This document shows, piece after piece, positions 42,950 through 58,394 of a stretch of 64,000 nucleotides of DNA (positions are counted from its first letter, which is position 1; the number at the start of each line of letters is the position of its first letter). The translations under genes and the position numbers were made by a program. The notes under the pieces are model-generated. The model saw only the letters and a list, made by a program, of their open reading frames with translations. It did not search any database and had not been told where the DNA came from. Origin of the DNA: the human T2T-CHM13v2.0 reference genome, Homo sapiens; assembly GCF_009914755.1 (NCBI RefSeq), contig NC_060928.1; one strand, given 5' to 3'.

Positions 42950-44085
42950 TCTTTTTTTTTAATTGAAGTGAAATTTACATGATGAAATGCATAGAGTTTA
43001 AGTGTACTATTTGAAAAGTAAATTCTCTAAATGTATACACTTGTGTAACCACTACCCCAATCAATGTAATATTTTCATTACCCTAAAAAGTTGTGTCTTA
43101 ACTCTTAACGGGCAATCTGCAGCCCGCCTCACCTCCCCAGACAACTCTTGTTTTAATTTCTGGCCCCATAGTTTTAATTTTACTTGTTCATCAACTTCAT
43201 GTAAATGGAGTCATACAGTATTTGTCTGGTTTCTTTTGCTCAAATAATGTTTTTGAGATTCATCCATGCTGTTGATGTGTATCAGTAGTTCCTTTTATCC
43301 CTTAGTATTGCACTGTATAAATATATCATACTTTACCCCTTCTGCTGTTGATGGGGGTTTAGGTTGTTTCCAGTTTGGGGCTACTATGAGTAAAGCTGTG
43401 AACATTCTTGTAGAGTATTTTTGTGAATATTTTTTATTTCTATAAATACCTGGGAATAAAATCACAGGGTTATAGTCCAGAAGTATGTTTAACTTTATAA
43501 AAAAACTGCCAGACTTTTTCCAAAGTGATTTTACATTCCTGTCAGCAATGTGTGAAGATTCCAGTTGCTCCAGATCTTTGTCGACATTTGCTATTGTCGG
43601 TCCTTGTAATTTTAGTCATTCTAGTTTGGGAGAAAATGTACCTTGTTGTTTTAATTTGTATTTCCATGTTGACTACTGTTGAGCACCATTTCATATCATC
43701 ATTCCCATTCAGACACCTATGCGAGGTGTCTGTTCGAATCTTTAGCGCAACTAAATTACAGTTTTAGCCCAAATTAATGTTCTTATTGGGATGTTTGTCT
43801 TATTATTGAGTTGTAAGAATTCCTTTTATATTCCCTATACAAATCCTTTGTCAGATATTGTGAATATTTTCTCCCACTCTTTGGTTTGCCTTCTCTATTT
43901 TAATTGAGTATTTTGATGAGCAGACATTTTAAATTTTGATGAAGTCCAATTTATCAAATTTATCTTTTATGTTTAGTGCTTTTAAAAGAGGCCTCTCTGA
44001 GAAGTCTCTGCCTACTTCAGGCTTAGGAAAAATCTTTGTTTTCTCCTAGAAGCTTTAGGATTTTAACTTTTACATTTAGTTGTAT
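42950..44085 (-). mobile_element. L1M 3' fragment in intron 1 (preceded by MIR at about 42380-42560 and an Alu monomer at about 42695-42845)
   Basis: Typical antisense L1M 3' UTR/ORF2 end. Confidence 0.8.
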
Positions 44086-44322
44086 GAGGAAGTATTTATT
44101 TTAATGCAGTAACAGGAATATCATAAGCATTGGCTTTAAATCTGAATTTTCCAGAAGGCTACCTACCTGAAGAAAAACAAAAAATAATTGCTTCATATTA
44201 AAATAATTTTTTCTTCTTATTGTGAAACAACAATCATAGCTATAATAAGATAATGATGTTTCATTCTTTTCTCTCAGGACTTTAATTTTTGGAAGTGAAT
44301 AAAACTTGTTTTAGAAGACGAG

Positions 44323-44435
44323 ATGACTACAGCTGTAGAGAGAAAGTATATTAATATTAGGAAAAGGCTGGATCAGCTGGGATACCGCCAGACTCTGACA
44401 GTGGAGTGTTTACCTTTGGTAGAAAAACTTTTCAG
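44323..44435 (+). CDS. CEP135: CEP135 exon 2 coding part (exon 44278-44435)
   Basis: MTTAVERKYINIRKRLDQLGYRQTLTVECLPLVEKLFS; acceptor ttttctctcag, donor AG|gtaaag. Confidence 0.97.
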
Positions 44436-44779
44436 GTAAAGACAAAAATACAGTTTTCAACCTTTATGATCCCTAACCACTTACCTCATTTCTGATTGAA
44501 CTTCATGCTTTGGTAAAGAAAAGGGTAGCTTTCCGGAAAGGCTTTCAATCATGAAGCTTATCTGTTTTTTCCCTGTCCTCAATCCAGGCCTTCCACACGG
44601 CAGAACTCTAAAGGCCACCACTCACGCTGTACTGTTCAAAGTCAACATTTCTGGGGGTTTTCTCTGTGAATGGAATTACAGTTTTTTGGGTTTCTGATAT
44701 AATTGAGAGACACTTTTCCCTTAAGTTCTTTTTTTTTCCCCCCCTTAAGTTCTATGTCTGCTTCACTGGTCTTCAAATA

Positions 44780-45190
44780 CAGTCATGGATAGTTTCATGA
44801 CAGGGATACGTTCTGAGAAACATGTCATCATTAGGTGATTTTTTCGTTGTACCAACATCATAGGGTGTGCTTACACAAACCTAGATGGTGTCGCCTACCA
44901 CAAACCTAGGCTATATGGTCTGTATCCTATGGCTCCTAGGCTACAAACCTGTATAGCATGTTACTATACTGAATACTGTAGGTAATTGTTAACACAGTGG
45001 TGCCTATTTGTATATCTGAACATATCTAAACATAGAAAAGGTATTGTGTTGTGCTACAGTGTTACAATGGCCAGATCTCATGAGGCAATAGGAATTTTTC
45101 AGCTGCCCCCATTATAAATCTTACAGGACTACTCTCCTTCCTATATGTGGTCTGTCGTTGACCAAAATGTCATCATGTGGTGCATGACTG
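44780..45190. mobile_element. Tigger3 (MER7/GOLEM-derived) DNA transposon
   Basis: TA-CAGTCATG...CATGACTG-TA terminal inverted repeats with TA TSD. Confidence 0.85.
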
Positions 45191-45276
45191 TATTTTAAGC
45201 CTCTTTAGAAATATGTTTTTAGTTATTAGAAAGTTAATGAAATATTTCCTGGTATTTAAATTTTCTGTTCTTTTAG

Positions 45277-45467
45277 CGACTTAGTTCATACAACTGAGAG
45301 CCTTCGGCAATCAAAATTATCTGCTGTGAAAGCTGAAAAAGAAAGTGCCAATTTTGATTTTGTTTTGGAACCCTATAAACTTGAAAATGCAAGATTGAGT
45401 AGAGAAAATAATGAATTATACCTAGAGTTAATGAAACTGAGAGAACATTCAGACCAACACGTTAAAG
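45277..45467 (+). CDS. CEP135: CEP135 exon 3
   Basis: DLVHTTESLRQSKLSAVKAEKESANFDFVLEPYKLENARLSRENNELYLELMKLREHSDQHVK; ag/gtaagt; 191 nt, phase consistent. Confidence 0.97.
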
Positions 45468-46407
45468 GTAAGTGAAAATTTGATAATTTTTAAAATGCAA
45501 TGTCTTTGTCCTTTTTATTTTAGAAGGAAAAGCTAACGTCTAATTTTAAAACTATTGATTAGAAAATATAGTAGTCCTACAGCTGGATGGTGTGTGCCTA
45601 TAGTCCCAGCTACTCGGGAGTTTAAGGTGGGAGGATTGCTTGAGCCCAGGAGTTTGAGACCAGCCTAGGCAACATAGTGAGAACTTGTTTCAAAAAAAAA
45701 GAAAAGAAAAGAAAATATGGTACTCCTTCTGCTAATAGCCCCTGAAATACTATAGGGTATGTTGAAGAGTTCCTGAGAAGGAAAATAAATGTGCATTATA
45801 TAGCTATGATAATCACTATATGTGGATTAAATTTTTAGAATTAAAAATTTAATTAAAATTTTAGAATTAAAATTGCCATAGGGAATATTAAATGCTGGAT
45901 TTGAAGAAATGTTCTTGAAACAACTTTTGTTTTTCCCTTACTGAAAATAAAAGTAGTAAATAAGGTGAAAACCATGTATCATGCTGACTGTTTTATAGTC
46001 AGTCTTTGAGCTGTCAAGTAGAATAGGATGATTTCAAAGGTACTAGGGAAAAGATAATTATATGGTTATCTTTGTATGAATTATTCTTATATTCAGTAGA
46101 AAACTTTATCTAATCCATGGTATGAATTCATAATCCTTTAGCTTCAGACCCAATTTACTGGATCAAAAGCTATGATGTACGTTAGGCTAATACAGTAGCT
46201 GAAAAATGAAGATTCTCTTTTGTGCTTAGTGAGTTATTTGCAGTTTTGTTAATAATAGTAGAAGAAGGAATAAGTGTCAACTAAAGCATGCATAAGAAGC
46301 AGGTGGAGACTTTTAAATTGATATGACTTTTTGTATTTTGTGAAATGGAAAAACTTCATTGGATTTCTTGATCTTTAAAACGGTCTTTGAATCTTTTTCA
46401 TTTTAAG

Positions 46408-46575
46408 AGTTGAAAACTTCATTGAAGAAATGTGCACGTGAAACAGCTGATCTGAAATTTCTGAATAACCAATATGCTCATAAACTCAAACTGTTGGAGA
46501 AAGAGAGCAAAGCTAAGAATGAAAGAATTCAACAACTTCAAGAAAAGAATTTGCATGCTGTAGTACAAACTCCAG
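46408..46575 (+). CDS. CEP135: CEP135 exon 4
   Basis: LKTSLKKCARETADLKFLNNQYAHKLKLLEKESKAKNERIQQLQEKNLHAVVQTP; 168 nt. Confidence 0.97.
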
Positions 46576-46963
46576 GTAAATCGATTCCTTCTCGAGACAA
46601 ATTATACACATTTAATCTTTTAACGATATTAACACCATTGACTAAAATAGGACTTTGGATTGGATTTTCATGCTTAGACTTTAGTGTTTGAAAATATATA
46701 TTGAATAGACCGTAAACTTCTTGATTTATTTCTAATGATCCGGGTAGTAATTTATACGTGTGCTTAGAAATGTATGTAGTATTAGTTACTTAGATACTAG
46801 TCTAACTTTAATGCCCAGAGCTTTCTCTAATCAATATTTTAAATTCTTTTTTCTATTATTATTATCATTATTATTTTAGTTGTAAAAGTAATCCATACTC
46901 ATTAAAGAATTTGGAAATTATGTACTTTCTTAGTTTATTTTACTATTTTTAGCATTATGCTTA

Positions 46964-47440
<477 letters not shown>

Positions 47441-48807
47441 CTAGGTCAAGACAGATTAAAGAGCATGATGAGTACCAAAAGTAATTTGTTTGCTATGAAG
47501 ATTGCAGTCAGAGTGGAATTTTGGAGTTGAAGAACTAGAAGCCAGCAGAGTTCTGAGTGATGACAAAGGCCAAAGTGTATCATCTTATTGTGTGCCTGAA
47601 GTTGAGGGGAGAGGAGACTCCTGAGAGTGGACAGATTAGAACTGTGAAGCCAGGTGGGGGAAGACTCAGTGGAGCGTGAGATAGTTTAGTAAATGAGATA
47701 GATGGACATGGGGACTGTGAGCAAAAGGCAGAAGAGATAGAGAAAAGTGGGAGTCAACCTTGAAAGTAACTAGAAGATTAAGGCAAAAAAGAGGATAATC
47801 AGGTTTCCTGAGGAAAGAATGGGATAGACTCCGGAGAGATTCAAGATGTATAATCAAGATAGTGAGTAAATGTAGATTTGGGAAGCAGAGGAATTCTCAG
47901 ACTTCTCTTTCGAGTGAATGAGTTAGGTGGAGGGTGATACTATTTCTTAAGTTAGAGAATGTGGGAAGCAGAGCAGGAGTCCACTTTTGGATGTGTGGAG
48001 TATGCTATACCCACAAGACATTCATGTCTAAATTTTTGGCAAACAGTGGGATATGTAGATCTGTTCTCAAAAGTGTGGGCCCTGGTGGAGATGCAAATTT
48101 AAGAGTCATTGGAGTCTCATGGTAATTGAAGCTATGGGTGTAGTAAGAATTATCTAGTGAGATTATGTAGACTGGGAAGAGAGGAGACCCAGAGTCAGAT
48201 GTGAGGGAAATTGGTATTTAAGGGACAGGTGGAAGAAGACAGTTTCTGAAAGAAACTGAGGAGCCACCAAGGAGGAAAACCAGGAGGTAAAGAAAGAAGG
48301 AATGGTTAGCTTTGTTCAGGTGTGTGAACAAACAGGTCATTTAAATACTTTTGGCCCAGTTTTCTTATCCTTAAAACTCCTTTTGTATACTCCTACCTCT
48401 GTAGGAGTATACAAAATTTGTTAGAATTCTAATGAGACAAAATTGTGGATTATGTTTGTTCTTCACAAGGATCTGCTGGTTTTTCAAATACACTTCTAAT
48501 CTTGGCAAAATCCTTAAAGAGATAAATTGTCCATGTATTTTTGACCAAGACAAGATATATCTAGCCATAAGAAAATTTAGTCCTACTACTTGTAGAGGTT
48601 AAGAAAACATTCCCTCCTAATTCAGATTATAGCATGACTTTATATTATAGATGACATTCCATTCATTCTAACTTTGCTACTTACAATTTCAGTTATCTTT
48701 TATGTTGATATTAGCTAATAACCACGCATATTTTAGTTCTCACTGCCAGTTTTCTGCTAGTGATAATTTCTTGAGCTCATAATAGTGAACACCACAGGCA
48801 CATTCAG

Positions 48808-49105
<298 letters not shown>

Positions 49106-49414
49106 GCATTCAGCTTTTAAACTTGCCAAAGTCTTATCCCCATCTAGTGGGCAAACATATTAAGCCTGGGCATATATGCCAAGCTTGCAGGCATATAAAA
49201 CTTGTTTGATAACCATGTCTTGTTGAGGTTTTTAGGAATGCATTGTTTAGTTAAAGATCAGGGTGGATATTTATATATTGATGGAGAAAATATTTTGTCA
49301 ATATGTATTATGAACTGCAGACACACTTTATAACCGAAAGGCTAACCTGGAATATTTAATTCTAAGACATGGTTTTGTTTCTTCTTAGTTTTTTAAGACA
49401 CTCATTCTTTTTAG

Positions 49415-49556
49415 GTGGCAAGAAAAGAAGTATTGCTTTCAGGCGCCAGCGTATGCAAATTGATGAACCGGTTCCTCCCTCTGAAGTCAGTTCATATCCA
49501 GTTCCTCAACCAGATGACCCTTACATTGCAGACCTCCTTCAAGTGGCTGATAACAG
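49415..49556 (+). CDS. CEP135: CEP135 exon 5
   Basis: GKKRSIAFRRQRMQIDEPVPPSEVSSYPVPQPDDPYIADLLQVADNR; 142 nt; donor AG|gtgcat. Confidence 0.96.
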
Positions 49557-50342
49557 GTGCATTAAATAATTCTTTCTTGGCTTGAGTTAATTGAGCACTC
49601 AATTAGCTGTAAGTTTCTTGATAGGAGGGCTTTTTTTCTTGTTAACTGTTGTGTCTCCAGTGTCTAGCACAGAACTTTGCACCGGCACTCAGTAAATACT
49701 TCCAGATTGATATAAAATGTTTTTACTTGTTTTGAAACTTTGATCAAATGGATCATATATCTAAGGTTTCTGTTCATACTGGCTTAAAAATTATTGCCAT
49801 CAAGAACCTGTTTAAGTAGAGCTGCTTTGACATTTTGTGTTGTCTCCAAATAAGAGGTATCTTTTGCAAGAATCTTTATTGCTTCAGATTTGTGTCAAAT
49901 GTCAGTTAAATATGAAGAGATGTGTAACTGGATTTGAAATTCCTTTTTTAATGGTTTCTCTAGCTCTGTGTTTATATTTCCTTACATTTGAATCATATAT
50001 AAATTCCATTTGATTGAAATGTTATTAAACCTCCTGGGCAAGGCACTGTGTAAGTGTTCTGAGGATATAAAGATGAAGAAGATGGTGTTTCTGTTTTTGA
50101 GAAGCTTGTAGTCCAGTACTAGAGATGAGATGAGAAATTCACAAAACACCATTAAGAAAATTATAAGAGGCTCAAAGGAATGGATGAGCACTAGTCTCCA
50201 CGGTGATAGCTGGAGAAGCATTTCAAACTGTAGAATACACTAATGGAAATAGTTCATGCAGGTAGCTTTTTATTTTGTAGATTATACAGAGAATGTGGGG
50301 GGTTTTATTAATCTCAATAGATAAAGCTAAAAAAGAGCACTG

Positions 50343-50655
<313 letters not shown>

Positions 50656-50990
50656 TCACATAATATTTTTATATAGTTGTTTGACCTTAACTGGGAAGTG
50701 TTTTGTTCTTATTATCTAGGGCTTTTCAGATAATGTGTTTGTATTATTTAGGGAATTATTTGGGCTGCATAAGTGACATTAGTCTTTTTTAATTGTCCTG
50801 TTTAATTTATATATGCACATTTTGTTTGTATTCAGAGTCATTCATGCATTTATATGAGTGCAGTTGCATACATACTCTTCTCCTAAACCTAGATTAGTAG
50901 AAAATGTTGGTTCCAGTTAACATCAGGTACAAGCCGTATCCAGCCTCATTTACTCCACCCCATGGAAAATCTCTTTTAAAAACAAACCTG

Positions 50991-51290
50991 GGGCTGGAAG
51001 CACTGTGGTTCACGCCTGTAATCCCAGCACTTTGGTAGGCCGAGGCAGGAGGATTGCTTAAAGCCCAGGAGTTCAAGACCAGCTTCGACAATGTGGAAAA
51101 ACTCTCTCTCTACAAAAAATTTAAAAATTACCCAAGTGTGGTGGCATGTGCCTGTGGTCCCAGGTACTTGGGAGGCTGAGGTGAGAGGATTGATGGAGCT
51201 GTGGAGGTTGAGGCAGCAGTGAGCTGTGATCGGGCCACAGGATTCTAGCCCGGGTAACATAGGAAGGCCCTGTCTCAAAAAAGAAAAAAA
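50991..51290 (+). mobile_element. AluJ-like (intron 5)
   Basis: Sense Alu. Confidence 0.85.
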
Positions 51291-51873
51291 AGCAGACCTG
51301 GCTTCAGGCTTTGTCTTTCCAATATGAAAATGGATTAATTATGTCATAATGTACCTGAACAATTCAGGTAATTTGGACAAAATCTTGATTCTGTTGGAAT
51401 TAACAAGTTCCAGAAGGAATAGGTTTTTTGCTGTAGTTACATATGATCTTTTTTCCAGGGTTTCAAAGTAGTAGTAGACAATACAGGGTTAGGGTCAGAA
51501 AACACATTTTAGTTTCTTATTTCACTTACTAAGTCTGTGAATTGTGGAGTAAACCTCAGTTTTCTAAACCTAAGAATTGGCAGCAGTACCTCAAAGAATT
51601 TTCCTGGGGATCAAAATGCAATAGTGAGGTGTTTCTTGCACAGTGTATCTGAGTTTCAAATTATTTACTACTCAGTTTTAAATCTTGTTACAAACCAACT
51701 CTCCATGATGTTGTACTATATTTTATATTGATTTGGGGACCCTTTGGCACAGTACGTCCTACCTGTTTGAGAAGCTGAAAGTATAGAATTTATGAAATAA
51801 CACATCTAGCTTCGTTTCTTATTTTGTATTTCTTAACAAAAGTGTATTGGCATTAATTTAAAGTGCTTTTCAG

Positions 51874-51958
51874 GATTCAAGAACTTCAACAGGAAGTCCA
51901 CCAGCTACAAGAAAAGTTAGCAATGATGGAAAGTGGGGTGAGAGACTATAGCAAGCAG
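51874..51958 (+). CDS. CEP135: CEP135 exon 6
   Basis: IQELQQEVHQLQEKLAMMESGVRDYSKQ; 85 nt, ends at codon 233; donor CAG|gtagga. Confidence 0.97.
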
Positions 51959-52009
51959 GTAGGATTTTTATTTACTTGCATAGTAGGGATTGAGATAGGT
52001 ATGCTGTGA
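51959..52009 (+). CDS. CEP135: CEP135mini alternative C-terminus (intron 6 read-through)
   Basis: In-frame VGFLFTCIVGIEIGML-TGA gives 233+16=249 aa, matching the described CEP135mini isoform. Confidence 0.85.
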   Translation, partial: VGFLFTCIVGIEIGML

Positions 52010-52834
52010 TTGTAAATAGAATTGGGTTATATTTGAAATTGCTGATACTGAGTTTTTATACAGCTTTCCTCTTTTTCATCAGGTTTGTTAATAGAGTTAA
52101 TAGCTGGAATGGCTTAGGTGGCTTTACTTACTTAGCCTGTCTCTTCAAAAAATTTAAAAATTAGCCAAGTGTGGTGGCATGTGCCTATGGTCCCAGGTAC
52201 TTGGGAGGCTGAGGTGGGAGGATTAATGGATTGAAGAGCACTTATTTACTCGATTCTCTTCACTATTCATTGAGGTGAATAGTAGTTTTTTGTTTGGTTT
52301 TTCTTTTAGCTGAATCATCTATCTCCCCAAATATAATTTTATAACCATATTACCGTTTTCATCTCAGGAGACATTTTATTAAGTGTGCTATGTTTTATAA
52401 TTGTATTTTTGTGATTTTTCTACTCTTATTATATATTTTGTCATATTGAACACCAGTCTCTTAGAAAGTTACTCTTTTGTGTTGCTAATTTTTTTGTTTG
52501 TTTTCTCTATAAGCACAAGTCCTCATACAACAGTTTTCTGAAGAATCAGGAGAATTAGTAGATGCAGAGTTATATTATAACCATAGCAAGCTTTGTCTTT
52601 TCATAATTTCTATTGATGTCTTGGCTAAATTTTGATTTGGGTAATTATAGGCTTGTTTTCTTAATATGCTTCTTGAAGGTTAAATTGGGTAACATGTTTT
52701 TCATTTTCTGCATTGACTGCATTTTTTTTGAGTGATCTGCACACACAAATATAGATGTAACTTAGGTGTTGGTATAACTAAATCTTTAAAGTGTTTTGAA
52801 GATTAGTTGGATAAAAATGGAGTTAAAGAAAATT

Positions 52835-53317
<483 letters not shown>

Positions 53318-53658
53318 TCATAATGTCAACCCCAAAAACCTTACTTCATGAAGAGATGTTGAAAATATCCAATATGCACATGAGTTTAATATTACTGGCA
53401 TTTTTCATTTTATAATTACACTTTCATTTTTTTCAGGTACTTTATGAACATAAACTTCTTACCATCTCTGTGAGGTGGCTGAGGTGTTTGGAGAAAACAG
53501 CTTGACTACTCTGATTAAAGCCACCAATTTATTGTGGTTTGCAATCTTAGTTGAGCTTACTCTGCTGCCTATCAGTTATTTGTCTTTTTTTGCTGGAGTT
53601 TATTCTTTCTCAGCACATATTCCAGATTTTGCTGTTTTTAAGCTGTTTTCCCAATTTA

Positions 53659-54003
<345 letters not shown>

Positions 54004-54294
54004 TCACCTTGTCTCAACTTTCTATCTCTACCTTTAAAATTAGCCATATTTGTACTCAGGCTATCTTAAGACTTGGTGGGCAGGGTATTGTTCTTCCTGT
54101 TTAAGGCTGAGTTGCCTGTGCTCTTGACCCCATTTCCTCTTTTTTCCTTAGGACCTTACTTTAATCAATTATTCTTTTTTTCTTTAACAAGTACTTATAT
54201 AACCACTTTACAATGATTAATTAATTTAATCTTCATAACAATCCTGTGAAGACGTACTTCTATTGTCATAGCTAACATCCTTTTTAAAAAACTC

Positions 54295-54590
54295 TTATTT
54301 TTTTTTTTGAGACGGAGTCTCCCTCTGTCGCCCATGCTGAAGTGCAGTGGCGCGATCTCGGCTCACTGCAAGCTCTTCCTCCTGGATTCATGCCATTCTC
54401 CTGCCTTGGCCTCCTGAGTAGCTGGGACTACAGGCACCCACCACCACACCCGGCTAATTGTTTGTATTTTTTAGTAGAGACAGGGTTTAACTGTGTTAGC
54501 CAGGATGGTATCGATCTCCTGACCTTGTGATCCTCTCACCTCGGCCTCCCAAAGTGCTGGAATTACAGGCGTGAGCCACTATGCCCGGCC
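54295..54590 (-). mobile_element. AluY/Sc-like (intron 6)
   Basis: Antisense Alu; TSD AAAAAACTCTT. Confidence 0.9.
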
Positions 54591-55638
54591 AAAAAACTCT
54601 TTTAACTACCTCCCCCTCTTGAGGATTCCTTCTCCCTCTCTATGCAGACTTCTCCAAAGACTGTCTTACTTGATATCTCCATTTCTGTCTCTGCTTCTCC
54701 ACCTCCTGCTCACTCCTTAACCTATTGTAGTCTGTCTTCTGCACTCACTATGTGAACTGGTCTAGTTAATTACATTAGTAACATTAATTGCTAGATCCAA
54801 AAGGATACTTACAGTCTTTGTTTTCTTGACCTACTCTGTGGTATTTGATATTATTGATAATTGCTCTTTGAAACTTCTTCCATGACTTCATTTTTTTCCA
54901 GTTTTCTTTTTTTTAAGCCTCTTTTTTTTTTTTTTGCTTTTTTTCAACTGTCCACTCCCTGAAATATTACTGTTTTCTTGGATTCTGTCTTTGACCCCTT
55001 CTCGTCTTATGTATCTTTTTCAAGTGTCCTCATCTGCTCTCTTGGTTTAAAATACTGCCTGTATATTGATGACTCCTTCATCTCTCTGTGGCTCAAACTT
55101 CTCTGCTGAACTCCAGACCCATATACCCACCTTTACATTGGGCATTTCCACTTGGGTGGAGTCTTTTTGTACTCATATGCCTTGTACTGAACTTTTTCTC
55201 TTCTGGTTTCGACTCCTTTATTCTCTACTTTGGTTGGTAGCATCAATGTTTGCCCAAGTGCACATTCTGTATTCTTTCTAGATCTCTTTCTCTTGCCTTC
55301 GCATACCACTCACCAAGTTCTGTCATTTCTCCTGGCTAAGTGCTTCTTAAACTTATTTCTTCTGTTCTATCCTCTACCACTGTTTTATTTTAGTTATTAA
55401 TTGTTTCTTATGCATTTCTGCATTAGGTCTCCCTGCCCCTGCCTCTGTTTTTATTCCTGTCAATTTCATCCTTTAGTCCAGCATAATCGTAATTAGTTTT
55501 GTCCTAGTTCTTCAGACATCTCCAACTACTAGATCCCATGCACATTACATCCAGTCATACCAAGCTATTTCTGCTGTCTCAAACATTCCATGTTTTTGTT
55601 GCTTTTTGGTATGTTTGGAATGTTTGGTTATTTATTTA

Positions 55639-56025
<387 letters not shown>

Positions 56026-56464
56026 CTATTCTTTTTAATATTGAGGTTCAGTAGCAACTTACTTTTCTTAGTGTGTTACACTCATTCATTTATTCTACCA
56101 GGAACTGAAGTAGTTGAGATTCAGTTCTAGTACTTGAGCATGTATGTAATCTGCTAGCAAGTTTCTTTTTATATAAACATTGTTAAATCTTAAAGGAGGG
56201 AAAAAAATACAAAAATTAAATTAGGAAGAATCTATGTAGTAAAAATACATATGAAAGATATAGTGACAGCATGTCTGTTGACATTTTCTATGTAATTTAT
56301 TTTTGTTCTGCATTTATGCATATAATATATGGACACAAATATGAATGTTAATCTCTTGCATACATTGGTACATAAGAAAATATATCCAAATAAATGTTTG
56401 TACAGTGTTAATCATTTGGTTGAAAACCAGATTTTTTAAAATGACAGCATGACTATATCTTCAG

Positions 56465-56593
56465 ATTGAGCTAAGAGAACGAGAGATAGAACGACTGTCA
56501 GTTGCTTTGGATGGTGGTCGGTCCCCTGATGTCCTTTCTCTGGAGTCTAGAAATAAAACCAATGAAAAGCTTATTGCTCATTTAAATATTCAG
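56465..56593 (+). CDS. CEP135: CEP135 exon 7
   Basis: IELREREIERLSVALDGGRSPDVLSLESRNKTNEKLIAHLNIQ; 129 nt, phase 0-0. Confidence 0.97.
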
Positions 56594-57242
56594 GTAATGG
56601 CTTTTATAATTATTTCACTGAGTGTATATAATGGTGTTTATAATAAACACTATATGTTTATAATGGTCTATGGGTTTGTAAAAGTGGCAGGAGTTGTTCA
56701 CTGAGGTATTATTTGCAATGGGAAAAATTTGATAGAACCATAGTATCCAGAAATAGGGTGGAGTTATTGAAAAATCATGTTTTCAAAGACTAATGAGGCA
56801 GTAATTAACATGCACCATAACATTAACAATTTAAAGGAAGAGAATAAACTCTGGGCACATGATTGCCAATTTGCTTTTAAGAAAATGTATATATGGACTT
56901 GGAAAGAGAAAACGAAGAGAATATACCAAAGTATACTAACAAAGCTTATCTTTCTGTGGTGGGATATTCTCCTTTATGGTTTTCTCTTTTTCTTTTTTAA
57001 AATTTTTATGAGTATATATTTATTTTATAATGTAAAAATTTAAAAATATATATAAAAATTAAATACCTAGCTTTTATCTACTTACGTAGTGGATTCCTTT
57101 GCCATGCATTTGACCTAAGGCTGAAAGAGCAGGAGAGTTCCATGCAGTATGACACAGGAACTTTAGAAATTTTGGTATGACAGAGTTGCCTGGGCTACAA
57201 ACAGAATATAGTAAGTAAAAAATATCAACAGTAGCTCTAGAG

Positions 57243-57544
57243 GAGTGCTGTCCCATAGAAATATGATATGAGCCATATATGTAATTTAAATTTTTCTAGT
57301 AGCAGCTTGATTTAAAAAAATAAAAAGAGGTGAAATTAATTGTAACAATATATTTACCCCAGTATGTCCAAAATATTATAATTTCAACCAGTAATGTTTT
57401 TACATACCTATTTTTTTGTTTGTATTATCTTTGAAATCCTGTGTATATTTTACAGTTATAGCACATCTCAGTTTACACTAGCCACATTTCAGATGCTCAG
57501 TAGCCACATGTGGTTGCTAGAGGCTACTATATTGAACAACACAG
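57243..57544. mobile_element. MER33-like hAT-Charlie element
   Basis: gtgctgtcccatagaaatatg...gccacatttcagatgctcagtagccacatgtgg...attgaacaacacag. Confidence 0.7.
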
Positions 57545-57834
57545 TCTATTATCATCTTGATATTCTTGTTGTATAGAACTCTGTATTGGGAAAAAGTTCA
57601 CACAAATTTCTTGTCCTTTCTATGCTTGAAAATCAAAGTCAATGGATATGTACTTTCATTACACTGCACATGGTCAGTTTTGTAAATAACAATATAAATT
57701 TGCAAATATAAAATAGCTGTAGTTTTAATCTTCAATAATTTTTAAAATATAGTTTTTTGAAGTATTATTTGGAAAGTCAGTGTTTAGGATAATTTTCCAA
57801 TTCATATACCTCATAAATTACAACTCCAATTTAG

Positions 57835-58050
57835 GTTGACTTTCTTCAGCAAGCTAATAAAGACCTGGAGAAGCGTATACGAGAGCTTATGGAAACCAAG
57901 GAAACAGTGACATCTGAAGTCGTTAATTTAAGTAACAAAAATGAAAAACTCTGCCAAGAATTAACTGAAATAGATCAGTTAGCACAGCAGTTGGAAAGAC
58001 ATAAAGAAGAAGTGCTTGAGACTGCTGATAAAGAGCTTGGGGAAGCAAAG
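57835..58050 (+). CDS. CEP135: CEP135 exon 8
   Basis: VDFLQQANKDLEKRIRELMETKETVTSEVVNLSNKNEKLCQELTEIDQLAQQLERHKEEVLETADKELGEAK; 216 nt, phase 0-0. Confidence 0.97.
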
Positions 58051-58394
58051 GTAATGAATGATATGTGTAGATTGTGAGAGTGTTCATTAATTCTCCTAGC
58101 ACACGGTAAGCTTGATCCCTTTTGATATCTGCATTCAGGTTTTTGGTTTATTTTGTGTGTCTGTTTTTGTTTTTTTGCTTTGGTAATTCAGGGTTTTCTG
58201 AAGTGTTGTTTACACCCTGTAAATGATTGTAGTTGTTTTAGTTGTTTGAGTGTCTCTCTGAAGCACACCTATTCTTAGGATGGATCTCCAAACTCTAGTC
58301 TGTTTTCCTTCACGATTTTTATCTCTGCCCCTTTATCTATGCATTGTGAGAGAGCTTTTAAAGTTTCCCCTCTATGTCATTTTTGCTCAAGAAT

